Of a stretch of DNA of 32,000 nucleotides, positions 16,852 to 26,800 are shown one piece after another (position 1 is the stretch's first letter; every line of letters starts with the position of its first letter). This stretch comes from Nostoc punctiforme PCC 73102 (GTDB lineage Bacteria > Cyanobacteriota > Cyanobacteriia > Cyanobacteriales > Nostocaceae). Both the position numbers and the translations under genes were made by a program. The stretch spans positions 6,750,001-6,782,000 of the forward strand of contig NC_010628.1 of assembly GCF_000020025.1 (NCBI RefSeq), read 5' to 3'. Under the pieces are notes generated by a model. That model was not told the origin of the DNA, ran no database searches, and worked only from the letters and a program-made list of their open reading frames with translations.

Positions 16852-17985
16852 ATGGCAAATGTTCGTCTAGAAGATATTAAACGTAGATTTAATAATGTCA
16901 CCGCGATCGAGGATATTACCTTTGAAATTCCTGATGGCGAGTTTTGGGTTTTAGTTGGCCCATCGGGTTGTGGTAAGTCTACAATTTTGCGAACGATCGC
17001 AGGTTTAGAAACCGCTACATCAGGCAAACTCTTTATTGGCGATCGCTTGGTGAATAATATCCCAGCCAGACAGCGAGATGTGGCGATGGTATTCCAAAAC
17101 TACGCCCTCTATCCTCACATGAGCGTGGCCCAAAACATCGGCTTTGGCTTGCAGATGCGGAAGGTTGACCGAAAAATCATTCAAGAACGAGTGATGAATG
17201 TGGCGCGATCGCTTTCTCTGGATCACTTGCTGGATCGTAAACCCAAACAACTTTCTGGGGGACAGCAACAACGGGTAGCATTAGGGAGAGCGATCGCTCG
17301 TGAACCCCAAGTTTTTTTACTTGATGAACCTTTATCTAATTTAGATGCCCAATTGCGCGACGATACAAGGGCAGAATTGAAACAGTTACATCAAGAATTA
17401 GGCATTACCACAATTTACGTCACCCACGATCAAGTTGAAGCGATGACTTTGGCTGATAAAATAGTCGTGCTAAATCGCGGACGGATTCAACAAATCGGCG
17501 ATCCCCAAACTATTTATGCAAGTCCTGCTAATCAAATGGTGGCAACTTTTTTAGGCAGCCCACCAATGAATATCTTGCCTGCAATCTATCACAATAACGG
17601 TTTTGATGTTAGTGGGCAGTTATTAACGATTCCAGCAGTTGTAAAAGAAAAATTACAGTTGCGTCAGGAACACAGTTATGATTTGGGGATTCGTCCAGAG
17701 CATATTTTTATTAACGAACGGCCCTCCGGGTTCACAGTCGCCTACAACGCTGGTTCACCAAATCGCCAAGAAGAAAATGAGAGTCAACTGATTGTAGAAG
17801 TTAAAGTAGTGGAACCTTTGGGAAGAGAAACTTTGATTCGTGCTGGTTTACCTGGTTCGGCGGTGGTGTTGAATATTCAGGTGGGAGCGGATGTGCGTCC
17901 GCGTCCAGGCGATCGCCTTTCTCTACAACTTGATTTAAATCACTTGTTTGTATTTGATCCCAAAACTGGCGACAGAATTTTATAA
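16852..17985 (+). CDS. ABC transporter ATP-binding protein, MalK/UgpC sugar-importer type
   Basis: 377 aa. Walker A GPSGCGKST, signature LSGGQQQRVALGRA, Walker B FLLDEPLSNLD, H-loop YVTHD, and a C-terminal MalK-like regulatory domain. No permease gene is adjacent. Confidence 0.9.
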   Translation: MANVRLEDIKRRFNNVTAIEDITFEIPDGEFWVLVGPSGCGKSTILRTIAGLETATSGKLFIGDRLVNNIPARQRDVAMVFQNYALYPHMSVAQNIGFGLQMRKVDRKIIQERVMNVARSLSLDHLLDRKPKQLSGGQQQRVALGRAIAREPQVFLLDEPLSNLDAQLRDDTRAELKQLHQELGITTIYVTHDQVEAMTLADKIVVLNRGRIQQIGDPQTIYASPANQMVATFLGSPPMNILPAIYHNNGFDVSGQLLTIPAVVKEKLQLRQEHSYDLGIRPEHIFINERPSGFTVAYNAGSPNRQEENESQLIVEVKVVEPLGRETLIRAGLPGSAVVLNIQVGADVRPRPGDRLSLQLDLNHLFVFDPKTGDRIL

Positions 17986-18095
17986 ATAGTTTCTTAAACT
18001 GCCAGAAATAATCACAATTATCAATTTTTTGTAGCCAAAATCTAAGAAAATAAAAACTGCAATAGAGACTTAATTGATTAGCTGCAAAAAGTTAT

Positions 18096-18875
18096 ATGGC
18101 TATTAATCGACGCAATTTCTTGTTTTTACTTACAGCAGGTGCGGGTGCTTTTGCATTAGATGCTTGTGCATCGGCAGAGAAATCTCCAAATGGAAATACT
18201 GCAACTCCTGAAACAACACCAAATACAAGACTAAATAAAACATCAGATAAACCAGGTGCTATCCAACTACCGCCTTTAGCTTACGCTTACGAAGCACTTG
18301 AACCACACATCGATGCTAAAACGATGCAGTTTCACCATGATAAACACCACGCAACTTATGTTAAAAACTTGAATGCAGCGTTAGATAAACACCCAGAACT
18401 TAAAGGCAAAACTATTGAAGAACTGTTGCAGAAACTTGACAGTGTACCACAAGATATTCGCAGAACAGTACGCAATAATGGTGGTGGCCATGTGAACCAC
18501 TCAATGTTCTGGGAAATTATGAAGCCAAAAGGTGGGGGAGAACCAACAGGAAATATAGCTTCCGCAATTAATCAAAGTTTTGGCAGTTTTGCAGCTTTCA
18601 AAAAACAGTTTAATGAAGCTGGTGCTAGTCGTTTTGGTAGTGGTTGGGTTTGGCTAGTGCGTAATAAAGGTGGCAAGTTAGAAGTGACAACTACAGCTAA
18701 CCAAGATAGTCCCTTAAGTACAGGTAAATATCCCATTTTAGGTAATGACGTATGGGAACATGCATACTATCTAAATTACCAGAATCGTCGCGCCGATTAT
18801 TTAGATGCTTGGTGGAACGTGGTTAATTGGGATGAGATTAACAAGCGGTTTGCAGCAGCAAATAAATTTGCCTGA
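18096..18875 (+). CDS. sodA: Mn-superoxide dismutase with an N-terminal targeting/anchor sequence
   Basis: 259 aa. N-terminus [21 protein letters not shown] is Tat-like RR followed by a hydrophobic stretch and Cys. Mn-type signatures [13 protein letters not shown] and DVWEHAYY. Confidence 0.92.
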   Translation: MAINRRNFLFLLTAGAGAFALDACASAEKSPNGNTATPETTPNTRLNKTSDKPGAIQLPPLAYAYEALEPHIDAKTMQFHHDKHHATYVKNLNAALDKHPELKGKTIEELLQKLDSVPQDIRRTVRNNGGGHVNHSMFWEIMKPKGGGEPTGNIASAINQSFGSFAAFKKQFNEAGASRFGSGWVWLVRNKGGKLEVTTTANQDSPLSTGKYPILGNDVWEHAYYLNYQNRRADYLDAWWNVVNWDEINKRFAAANKFA

Positions 18876-18912
18876 GGCGAGACAACAATTTAGAGTTATA
18901 GGCACTTATAAA

Positions 18913-18945
18913 ATGGCAACAGAATATGTTTCTGTTGCCATTTTT
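18913..18945 (+). terminator. Rho-independent terminator of sodA
   Basis: 12-bp perfect stem atggcaacagaa (18913-18924) / ttctgttgccat (18930-18941), followed by a T-run. Confidence 0.75.
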
Positions 18946-19143
18946 GTGATGTGAGTCTTGTTACCCAAAAGCAGATATAACGATTCGAAATTAAACTTCT
19001 CCTGATTCTCCGAACTTCTAACTCCCCAATAAGCAGGCGTATTGCACCTAACTGAGGATCGCTTTAATTATCAAGGTTAATTTGGGAATCTTATAAATAA
19101 CTAATGATAATCGTCAGGATGTAAGGGGAGCCAATCTGAGGTG

Positions 19144-21954
19144 ATGCCATCAAATAACAAGAATTCTCCTAACAAGGGGAATCTACCGCTACGCTTAGTG
19201 CTTGTGCTTCCTTTCGTTTTGCAAATCTTCGCCGCAGTAGGACTGACAGGCTATTTATCTCTTCGCAACGGACAACAAGCAGTGAATGATTTAGCCAGTC
19301 GATTGCAACGTGAAGTAAGCGATCGCATTGACCAGCATTTAGATAGTTACCTGAATACAGCTCGTCAGCTAGCTGAAATTAACGGAGATGCTATTGATTT
19401 AAAATTATTAGATACCCAAGATTTAGAGCAGCTAGGGCACTTTTTCTGGAAACAGATGCAGCTTTACAACGTCGGCTACATCAGCTTTGGCTCCAAAATT
19501 AGTGAATTTGCTTCTTCTGGAAAGTTTTTTGATGATGGTCGCATCACGGTTAGCGAAGTTTCGCAACGACGCAACGGCGATCGCGATGAACATCTCTACA
19601 ATGCTGATGCTCAAGGTAATCGCGTCAGTTTAGCGATCGTCAACAAGAACTATAATTTTGCCAAAGAGTCTTGGTACGCTGATACAGTCAAAGCAGGCAA
19701 ACCGATTTGGAGCAAAATTTATCAATGGGAAACTTCTCCTGAAACTTTGTCTGTTTCTGCCAATCGTCCGGTCTACGATCGAGACAAAAACCTGATTGGC
19801 GTGATTGGGATCGATCAGCGTCTTTCCCAGATCAGTAATTTTTTACGCTCTCTAAAAGCCAGTCCATCTGCCAAAACTTTTATTTTAGAAAGAAACGGGT
19901 TAATTGTAGCGAGTTCCAGCACTGAGCAACCCTACAAACTCATTAATGGTAAACCCAAGCGCTTACAAGCCTCAGACAGTTCTGATTTGCTAATTAGAGC
20001 CGCAACAACCCATTTAATTGAACATTTGGGTAACTTTAGTAACATCAAAGAAAATCAGCAACTAGACTTCATACTCAATCATGAGCGTCAGTTTGTCCAA
20101 GTGACACCTTGGCGGGATGAATGGGGTTTAGATTTACTGGTAGTTGTGGCGGTTCCAGAATCTGACTTTATGGGACAAATTAATGCCAACACGCACACGA
20201 CAATTTTGTTGTGTTTGGGTGCATTAACATTAGCAACTATTTTAGGCGTCTACACCTCTCGCTGGATTGCTCGTCCGATTTTGCACTTGAGTCAAGCATC
20301 AGAATCCATTGCAGCAGGTGAGTTAAACCAACAGGTAGAAATACCGTCAGTAAATGAATTGGGTAGATTGGCGCAGTCCTTCAATCGCATGGCGCAGCAG
20401 TTACGGGACTCTTTCACCACTATTGAGCAAACCAATCAACAATTAGCCAAAACTAACGAAGAATTAGAAAGTCGGGTAGAAGAACGCACCCACGAGTTAA
20501 AGGAAGCGAAACTTACTGCCGATGCTGCCAATCATGCCAAGAGCGATTTTCTTGCAAACATGAGCCACGAACTGCGGACACCGCTCAACGGAATTTTAGG
20601 CTATGCCCAAATTCTTGCCCGGACTGCATCTGACGAAAAACAACAGCGTGGCATCGATATTATCTATCAATGTGGTTCGCATTTACTGACTTTAATTAAC
20701 GATATTCTCGACTTATCTAAAATCGAAGCTGGCAAACTAGAATTACAGCTGGTTCCATTTTATCTACCTGCGTTTCTACAAAGTGTTGTGGAAATCTGCC
20801 GCATTAAAGCCGAACAAAAGAGTATTGAATTTATTTATCAGCCGCCGGAGAATTCAGCAATGGGTATTGTCGCTGATGAGAAGCGTCTGCGACAAGTTCT
20901 GATTAACTTGCTGGGAAATGCCATTAAGTTTACCGACAAAGGCAGTGTCACATTTAGGGTGGAAGTGCTTTTAGGAGATATAACTAATCTTCGCTTCTAT
21001 ATTCAGGATACAGGCATCGGCATGAGTCCCCAGCAATTAGAGAAAATCTTCCTCCCCTTTGAGCAAGTCGGGGATAGCAAACGCCAAAGTGAAGGAACGG
21101 GATTAGGACTTGCTATCAGCCAGCGATTTGTTGAGTTGATGGCTAGTAAAATCCAGGTTGAAAGCCAATTAGGGGTTGGTAGTAAGTTTTTCTTTAATAT
21201 TGACTGTGCGATCGCAACTGATTGGGTACAAGCAAATTCCCTAACATCATCTGGCAGAATTATCGGATACGCTGGTGTTGGCAAAACCTCTGTGAAAGAG
21301 AATCGCAAAAAAATCCTGATTGTCGATGACCGTTGGGAAAATCGGTCAGTGATTGTCAATCTTTTGGAACCTCTTGGTTTTGAGGTTATCGAAGCCAGCA
21401 ACGGACAAGAGGGTTTAGAAAAAATTACACGCGATCGCCCCGATACGATCATTTGTGATTTAGCCATGCCCGTAATGGATGGCTGGGAAATGCTCAAACA
21501 ATTGCGTCAATCCGAAACTTTACGTGATGCCATTGTGATTGTCTCTTCTGCCAGCGTCTTTGAGAATGACCGCCAAAAGAGTTTGGATGCTGGTGGTAAC
21601 GATTTCTTGGCAAAACCCGTGCAAGCAGATGAACTTTATGCTGTATTAGCCAAGCAATTACAACTAGATTGGATATATAAAGACACTAATATAAAATATC
21701 CAATCGATACAGCCGCGAGCACCAAAACCATTGTAATTCCAAGTAGTTCTGATTTAAAAGGTTTATTAGAACATGTCGAAACTGGGTACTTTAGAGGTAT
21801 CCGAGAAGAATTGGATCGATTAGCTCAATTAGATGAGCAGTATCAACCCTTTATTAGAGAACTCAGGGAATTGGTTAAAGGCTTCAATATTCAGACAGTT
21901 CGTCATTTTCTTCAAGAGTCGATAAACCAATCTCAAGAATCAACAAAGATTTAG
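19144..21954 (+). CDS. Hybrid sensor histidine kinase (Cache-like periplasmic domain, HAMP, HisKA, HATPase, receiver, conserved C-terminal extension)
   Basis: GTG 19141 / ATG 19144. Two TM segments flank a ~310-aa extracytoplasmic domain. HAMP (RWIARPILHL...FNRMAQQL). H-box SHELRTPLNGILGY. N/G boxes [25 protein letters not shown]. Receiver ILIVDD...DLAMPVMDG...LAKP. An ~90-aa tail follows. Confidence 0.9.
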   Translation: MPSNNKNSPNKGNLPLRLVLVLPFVLQIFAAVGLTGYLSLRNGQQAVNDLASRLQREVSDRIDQHLDSYLNTARQLAEINGDAIDLKLLDTQDLEQLGHFFWKQMQLYNVGYISFGSKISEFASSGKFFDDGRITVSEVSQRRNGDRDEHLYNADAQGNRVSLAIVNKNYNFAKESWYADTVKAGKPIWSKIYQWETSPETLSVSANRPVYDRDKNLIGVIGIDQRLSQISNFLRSLKASPSAKTFILERNGLIVASSSTEQPYKLINGKPKRLQASDSSDLLIRAATTHLIEHLGNFSNIKENQQLDFILNHERQFVQVTPWRDEWGLDLLVVVAVPESDFMGQINANTHTTILLCLGALTLATILGVYTSRWIARPILHLSQASESIAAGELNQQVEIPSVNELGRLAQSFNRMAQQLRDSFTTIEQTNQQLAKTNEELESRVEERTHELKEAKLTADAANHAKSDFLANMSHELRTPLNGILGYAQILARTASDEKQQRGIDIIYQCGSHLLTLINDILDLSKIEAGKLELQLVPFYLPAFLQSVVEICRIKAEQKSIEFIYQPPENSAMGIVADEKRLRQVLINLLGNAIKFTDKGSVTFRVEVLLGDITNLRFYIQDTGIGMSPQQLEKIFLPFEQVGDSKRQSEGTGLGLAISQRFVELMASKIQVESQLGVGSKFFFNIDCAIATDWVQANSLTSSGRIIGYAGVGKTSVKENRKKILIVDDRWENRSVIVNLLEPLGFEVIEASNGQEGLEKITRDRPDTIICDLAMPVMDGWEMLKQLRQSETLRDAIVIVSSASVFENDRQKSLDAGGNDFLAKPVQADELYAVLAKQLQLDWIYKDTNIKYPIDTAASTKTIVIPSSSDLKGLLEHVETGYFRGIREELDRLAQLDEQYQPFIRELRELVKGFNIQTVRHFLQESINQSQESTKI

Positions 21955-21972
21955 GTAGGAGATTGAAAACTG

Positions 21973-23292
21973 ATGGCAAATGATGGAAAAGGTCAAACAA
22001 TTCTGATTATTGACGATCATCCAACTAATATCGAAGTGCTATATGATGCACTTGACCAAGCAGGTTATAAAGTTCTAGTAGAAATGGATGGTTGGCATGG
22101 CATCGAGACGGTAAAAAGCTATCCCCCAGATTTAATTTTACTAGATGTAATGATGCCAGGAATTGATGGCTTTGAAACCTGCCGTCAATTAAAATCTCAA
22201 CAGACTACCTGTGAGATTCCGATTATTTTTATGACTGCTCTTAATGATACAACCGATAAAGTCAAAGGTTTAGGGTTAGGAGCTGTTGATTATATTACAA
22301 AGCCATTTCAACAAGAAGAAGTACTTGCACGCATTGGGATTCACCTGAAACTGCGACGAGCAAATTTAGAATTAGCGCAACAAAAGGATATCTTGGAGCA
22401 ACGGGTACAAGAACGCACCACAGAGCTTTCGCAAGCGCTAGATAATTTTAAAAATGCACAATTGCAATTAGTGCAAAGTGAAAAAATGGCAACCTTGGGT
22501 AACTTAGTTGCAGGAGTAGCACACGAAATTAACAACCCTCTTGGATTTCTCAAAGGCAGTATGAATAACACCGAAGAATATATCCAAGATTTATTCAACT
22601 ATGTGCAATGCGTGCAGCAACATCATCCTCTGCTTGCACCTGATGTCACCAACCTTGCCGAGAAAATTGACTTAGAGTTTTTGTGCGAGGACTTACCAAA
22701 GCTACTAGATTCGATGAGGGTAGCGACAGAACGTATTACGGACATTAGCACTAGTCTTCGCACCTTTTCCAGAGCCGATACATGTGAAAAAGTTGCTTGC
22801 AACCTGCATGAAGGGATTGAAAGTACACTATTAATTTTGAAGTATCGCCTCAAAGCGTCCCAGAAACGCCCGACGATTGAGGTGATTACAGATTATGGGA
22901 AATTACCACCTGTTAAGTGCTTTTTAGGACAGTTAAATCAAGTATTTATGAACATCCTTGCCAATGCAATTGATGTATTAGATACAGAAAGCGTTGGGCG
23001 AACATTTGCTGAATTAGAAGCTAATTCTCAGCAAATTATAATTCGCACTGAAGTATCTAGCGACCAAAATACGGTAGTAATTCGGATCAAAGATAACGGG
23101 TCGGGAATGCCAGAGGATATTAAATTACGTATCTTTGACCACTTGTTTACCACTAAAGAGGTTGGCAAGGGAACAGGATTGGGATTAGCGATCGCTCGTC
23201 AAATTGTCGAAGAAACGCACAATGGTAAGTTAATCTGCAACTCCATTCTGGGTGAGGGCACAGAATTTATTATTAAGATTCCAGTGTCTTAA
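21973..23292 (+). CDS. Response-regulator receiver fused to a histidine kinase
   Basis: 439 aa. Receiver [10 protein letters not shown]...[11 protein letters not shown]...ITKP. Coiled linker. H-box [11 protein letters not shown]. ATPase boxes [26 protein letters not shown]. It starts 18 nt after the hybrid kinase. Confidence 0.9.
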   Translation: MANDGKGQTILIIDDHPTNIEVLYDALDQAGYKVLVEMDGWHGIETVKSYPPDLILLDVMMPGIDGFETCRQLKSQQTTCEIPIIFMTALNDTTDKVKGLGLGAVDYITKPFQQEEVLARIGIHLKLRRANLELAQQKDILEQRVQERTTELSQALDNFKNAQLQLVQSEKMATLGNLVAGVAHEINNPLGFLKGSMNNTEEYIQDLFNYVQCVQQHHPLLAPDVTNLAEKIDLEFLCEDLPKLLDSMRVATERITDISTSLRTFSRADTCEKVACNLHEGIESTLLILKYRLKASQKRPTIEVITDYGKLPPVKCFLGQLNQVFMNILANAIDVLDTESVGRTFAELEANSQQIIIRTEVSSDQNTVVIRIKDNGSGMPEDIKLRIFDHLFTTKEVGKGTGLGLAIARQIVEETHNGKLICNSILGEGTEFIIKIPVS

Positions 23293-23361
23293 TTGCTACT
23301 ATTTCAATGACAGATACGAGGAAAAAGAAATTATTTTTCCCCACTATTCCCATCTTTCCTC

Positions 23362-24096
23362 TCAAAGAGGCTTTTGAGTAGGTACACCAATAGGACGGGG
23401 AAACTGAACTGGTGTGGTGGCTACCTTACGCAAATACACACAGTGCCGGATGCTGTGACTCAAGGGTGTTGTAAATTGTTCGATTGATTCAATAACGCCA
23501 CCCAACAGCTTCACAGCATTCTGCAAAGCTGTTGTTTCATCCTTTGTCCAATTACCACGATAAATTATGGCTAAACCTCCCTGTTTGAGCAGTGGTAGAG
23601 TATATTCTGCACAAACAGAAACTGCCCCTACAGCACGGATCAGTGCAATATCATAAGCCATTCGATGCTGAGGATGCTGACCGATTTTCTCAGCTCTACC
23701 AACAATAGTTTTGGTATTAGTAAGGGCAAGTTCAGTTAATATATTGTCGAGAAAAGTAATTTTTTTCTGAGTGGAATCGAGAAGAGTAATTGTGCAATTA
23801 GGTACTGTCATTGCCACTGGAACACCTGGAAAACCTGCACCTGTACCAATATCGATGATAGTGGGAGAAGCCGGGGGTAAATTTCCTGATAATAGGGGTA
23901 GAATTCCTCGTAGAGAATCCCAGAGATGTTTTTCCCAAAACTCTTGGGGGTCAGTAATGCGAGTTAAATTTAGTTGACGATTACCTTCTAGGATTAACTC
24001 ATAAAGCCTTTGGAATTGTTCTTGCTGTTGGACAGTTGGTTGCCAATTCAGAGTTTGCTGCCAGATTTCTGCCATCTCAGGCAATAAGTTTGTCAT
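23362..24096 (-). CDS. rsmG: 16S rRNA (guanine527-N7)-methyltransferase
   Basis: 244 aa. GidB pattern NLTRITDPQEFWEKHLWDSL and SAM motif IDIGTGAGFPGVP. Confidence 0.92.
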   Translation of the reverse strand: MTNLLPEMAEIWQQTLNWQPTVQQQEQFQRLYELILEGNRQLNLTRITDPQEFWEKHLWDSLRGILPLLSGNLPPASPTIIDIGTGAGFPGVPVAMTVPNCTITLLDSTQKKITFLDNILTELALTNTKTIVGRAEKIGQHPQHRMAYDIALIRAVGAVSVCAEYTLPLLKQGGLAIIYRGNWTKDETTALQNAVKLLGGVIESIEQFTTPLSHSIRHCVYLRKVATTPVQFPRPIGVPTQKPL

Positions 24097-24127
24097 TTGT
24101 CATTTGTCATTTGTCATTTGTCATTTG
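24090..24127. repeat. Tandem heptamer STRR (TTGTCAT x5.4; ATGACAA on the gene strand) overlapping the rsmG start codon
   Basis: Read directly. 'cat' triplets at 24094, 24101, 24108, 24115 and 24122. The first of these is the rsmG ATG. Confidence 0.9.
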
Positions 24128-24173
24128 GGATAGGGCATTGGGTATTCTTTTTTCTCCAGTCCCCAGTCCCCTT

Positions 24174-24848
24174 TCATACCGATGGTAGAGGTTCTTTGAC
24201 TTTGGCTTCTAATGTCTTTGGGTCTACTGATTGTAGTTCGCCGTGGTTGAGTGTCCAGCAACGATCTGCGATCGCTAACAAATCCCCAGCATCGTGTGTT
24301 ACTACCAATAGCGTCCAATCTTGTTTCAGCTTGGCTAATAAATTTACCAGTTGCCGACGCATTGACCAATCTAACCCAGCAGTGGGTTCATCCAATAACA
24401 GTAAATTTGGCTGGCGAATCAATTGCACTGCTAAAGCTAAACGCCTCTGTTGACCGCCACTCAAAGCATGGGGAGCAGCAGAAAGCGATAAATGCTCTAA
24501 TCCCACCTCAGTTAGGGCCTGTCTAACTCGTTCTGACCCTAACTCAGGATGTCCTAAGCGCAATTCTTCTAAAATTGAACCACCGCAAAAGTGCCGTTCT
24601 GGAAACTGAAATACCAACCCAGCTAATTGTTGTAGCTGTTCGGCTATAAGTTCTTGTTCCCGCCAGAAGAGTGCGCCAGTAGTAGGTTCGGCTAGTCCTG
24701 ACAAAATTTCTAGTAAAGTACTTTTTCCCGAACCACTGGGGCCAATAATCAGACCTAGCTGCTGGGGTGCTAATTCCAAGTTGATCGATTTAAGAATCGC
24801 TGTTGGACACGCTGTGGGGTGATAATTTACATTTCGGAGATAGAGCAT
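24174..24848 (-). CDS. ABC transporter ATP-binding protein (CbiO/EcfA-like)
   Basis: 224 aa. Walker A GPSGSGKST, signature LSGGQQRRLALA, Walker B LLLLDEPTAGLD, VVTHD. No permease gene is adjacent. Confidence 0.85.
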   Translation of the reverse strand: MLYLRNVNYHPTACPTAILKSINLELAPQQLGLIIGPSGSGKSTLLEILSGLAEPTTGALFWREQELIAEQLQQLAGLVFQFPERHFCGGSILEELRLGHPELGSERVRQALTEVGLEHLSLSAAPHALSGGQQRRLALAVQLIRQPNLLLLDEPTAGLDWSMRRQLVNLLAKLKQDWTLLVVTHDAGDLLAIADRCWTLNHGELQSVDPKTLEAKVKEPLPSV

Positions 24849-25105
24849 TTGTTAAGATTACCAAAAAGTCAGCAAATTACTGATTAGCTACACTGAGAGT
24901 ACCTGGAAAATTCTGGAAAAATTTATCATGCATTACCTGGATTAACAGCTTAATCTAGCAGCAAGAATCATCCAATTTTTCTCCATTGTGGCAGACTCAC
25001 CCTGGAACAATAACTATGACGAGCCTGGAAACATGGAAAAATTACCAAAGTCAACCTTTATATAAAAAAATTTTGGTTGAGGCAGAGGCAAGTTAACACT
25101 CCGAC

Positions 25106-25202
25106 TCCTTTCTCTACGAGAGGCTGCGCCCTAAGCGTAGCTATGCCGCAGGCTTTATGACTGCGCTACCTCGGCTCCTCCCTTCTCTACGAGAGGCTGC
25201 GC
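25106..25202. repeat. Small dispersed repeat pair (direct ~24-nt repeat, SDR-like)
   Basis: ctcctttctctacgagaggctgcgc (25106-25129) and ctcccttctctacgagaggctgcgc (25177-25202). The intervening gcgtagctatgccgcaggc resembles segments at 421-459 and 11355-11400. Confidence 0.75.
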
Positions 25203-25315
25203 TCAGGACAGGCTCGGCACAAGTCAAGGCAAGTCGCTCAGTGTAAAAATTAATTATTTTTGCATTTTAAGTAACACATACAACTATTTCAACCGCAATT
25301 ATTCTGAGGGTTAAA

Positions 25316-26248
25316 ATGACTAAAAGGTTTTCTTCGCCTCAATTATTAGTGCCTACCAGACTCACTATCCTTGCTCAGACTGCTTTTGGTGCTGCAATCG
25401 CACTTAATTTGTGGGTAAATCCCTCCCTGGCTGGCGATCCGTTTCGCAATAGCGAACCTCATCAAATTGGCGACCAAACAGAAGCAGCTTTTAAAGCGAT
25501 TTTCCAGCAGGGTAACTATCCAGCAGCAGAGCGTTATTTGGAACAAGCAATATCTAAAGAACCAAATGAACCTCTAGCTTATGCGATGAAGGCATCTTTG
25601 GCATACGGAAATAAGGATTGGGCTAAACTAGACACCTACAGTCAGAAAACTCTAGAAACCGGGCAAAAACTGATTCCTAACGATCCGTTGCGTGGTAATT
25701 TATACACTGCTGTTGGTCATTTTTTAGAGGGAGCAGTAATTCTCACCCGTGAGGGTACAGTCAACGGTGTACCGCAGGCTTTTAGTCGGCTGCGGCAAGT
25801 TTATGAATATTTAGATAAAGCCGAAGCAATTTCTGCCAACGATCCAGAACTGAATTTAATCAAGGGTTATATGGATTTATTGTTGGCGGTTAATTTGCCT
25901 TTTGCTAGTCCCGATCAGTCAATTGGACGCTTAGAAAAAAATGCTGCTCCTGGGTATCTCGTCGATCGGGGTATTGCTCTTGCTTACCGTGATTTAAAAC
26001 GGTATCCACAAGCACTAGAGTATGTCAACCGGGCGCTCAAAACCACATCCGATAATCCAGAAATTTATTATCTTAAAGCCCAAATATTGAAAGAATTGGG
26101 GCAAAAAGAAAAAAGCCAGCAGATGATTCAGGAAGCGATCGCTAATTTTGACAAAGCATTAACTAAAAAATCCCAACTCCCAAGCGATTTAGTCAAACAA
26201 ATTGAGAGTGAACGCAAGAATGCTGTTAGCCTTAAGAATCCTGGGTGA
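25316..26248 (+). CDS. TPR-like repeat protein with an N-terminal signal peptide
   Basis: 310 aa. Hydrophobic N-terminus ending LAGDP. Repeated helical Ala/Tyr/Leu TPR-like units (GNYPAAERYLEQAISKEPNEP, YPQALEYVNRALKTTSDNPE). Confidence 0.7.
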   Translation: MTKRFSSPQLLVPTRLTILAQTAFGAAIALNLWVNPSLAGDPFRNSEPHQIGDQTEAAFKAIFQQGNYPAAERYLEQAISKEPNEPLAYAMKASLAYGNKDWAKLDTYSQKTLETGQKLIPNDPLRGNLYTAVGHFLEGAVILTREGTVNGVPQAFSRLRQVYEYLDKAEAISANDPELNLIKGYMDLLLAVNLPFASPDQSIGRLEKNAAPGYLVDRGIALAYRDLKRYPQALEYVNRALKTTSDNPEIYYLKAQILKELGQKEKSQQMIQEAIANFDKALTKKSQLPSDLVKQIESERKNAVSLKNPG

Positions 26249-26339
26249 TTGGGCATTGGAGATTAAGTTTTTTCCCAATTCCCTATGCTCCACTTTGATA
26301 TGCTTATTTGCAGAACAGTAATTGAGATATTAGACCAAA

Positions 26340-26792
26340 ATGGAGATTCAGTTCCGCGAGATTAATCCTTTTGATATGTGGATTTGGCTGAAATTCAGTA
26401 CAAATCCTTCTGCACGTGAAAAACAGTATGTAGAAGAAGTTTTCAATTCCTGGTTTTATCTGGGTAAATTGGGCGCATTTAACGCAGAGAATCTTCAGGT
26501 GCAGGACACTGGACTCGATATCAGCTACATGAATTATGATGAGCAAGGGTATGATAAAAGCTTGCTAGCACTGATGCACAACATCGGTGAGTTTGAATAT
26601 GAGGGTCAATGGGGGCGTTGTTGGTTTGATCTAGGAACCAGTGATGCGATCGCTCTGGATATTTTAATCAATGCCCTCACACAGCTAAGTCAGGAATATG
26701 TGACCATTGAACAATTGTACATCGGTGGCGAAAATCCAGATTGGCCTATTGAGGATAGTGAAAGTCGTCCTCAGTCTATTTACGATAATTAG
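26340..26792 (+). CDS. Conserved cyanobacterial/plastid-lineage hypothetical protein (DUF3531-like, from memory)
   Basis: 150 aa, with a clean ORF and no overlap. FDMWIWLKFSTNPSAREKQYVEEVFNSWFYLGKLGAFNAENLQ resembles the DUF3531 pattern as I recall it. Not verifiable here. Confidence 0.55.
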   Translation: MEIQFREINPFDMWIWLKFSTNPSAREKQYVEEVFNSWFYLGKLGAFNAENLQVQDTGLDISYMNYDEQGYDKSLLALMHNIGEFEYEGQWGRCWFDLGTSDAIALDILINALTQLSQEYVTIEQLYIGGENPDWPIEDSESRPQSIYDN

Positions 26793-26800
26793 TTACAAAA

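Noticed and set aside
18096-18180. Lipoprotein call for sodA (LDAC as lipobox)
   Set aside because: Asp at position -2 is atypical for a lipobox. A Tat-like or membrane-anchor signal is supported, but lipidation is not.
24097-24526. ORFs 24097-24453 (+), 24121-24369 (-) and 24251-24526 (+)
   Set aside because: They overlap the ABC ATPase gene or are built on the heptamer repeats, and no motifs are present.
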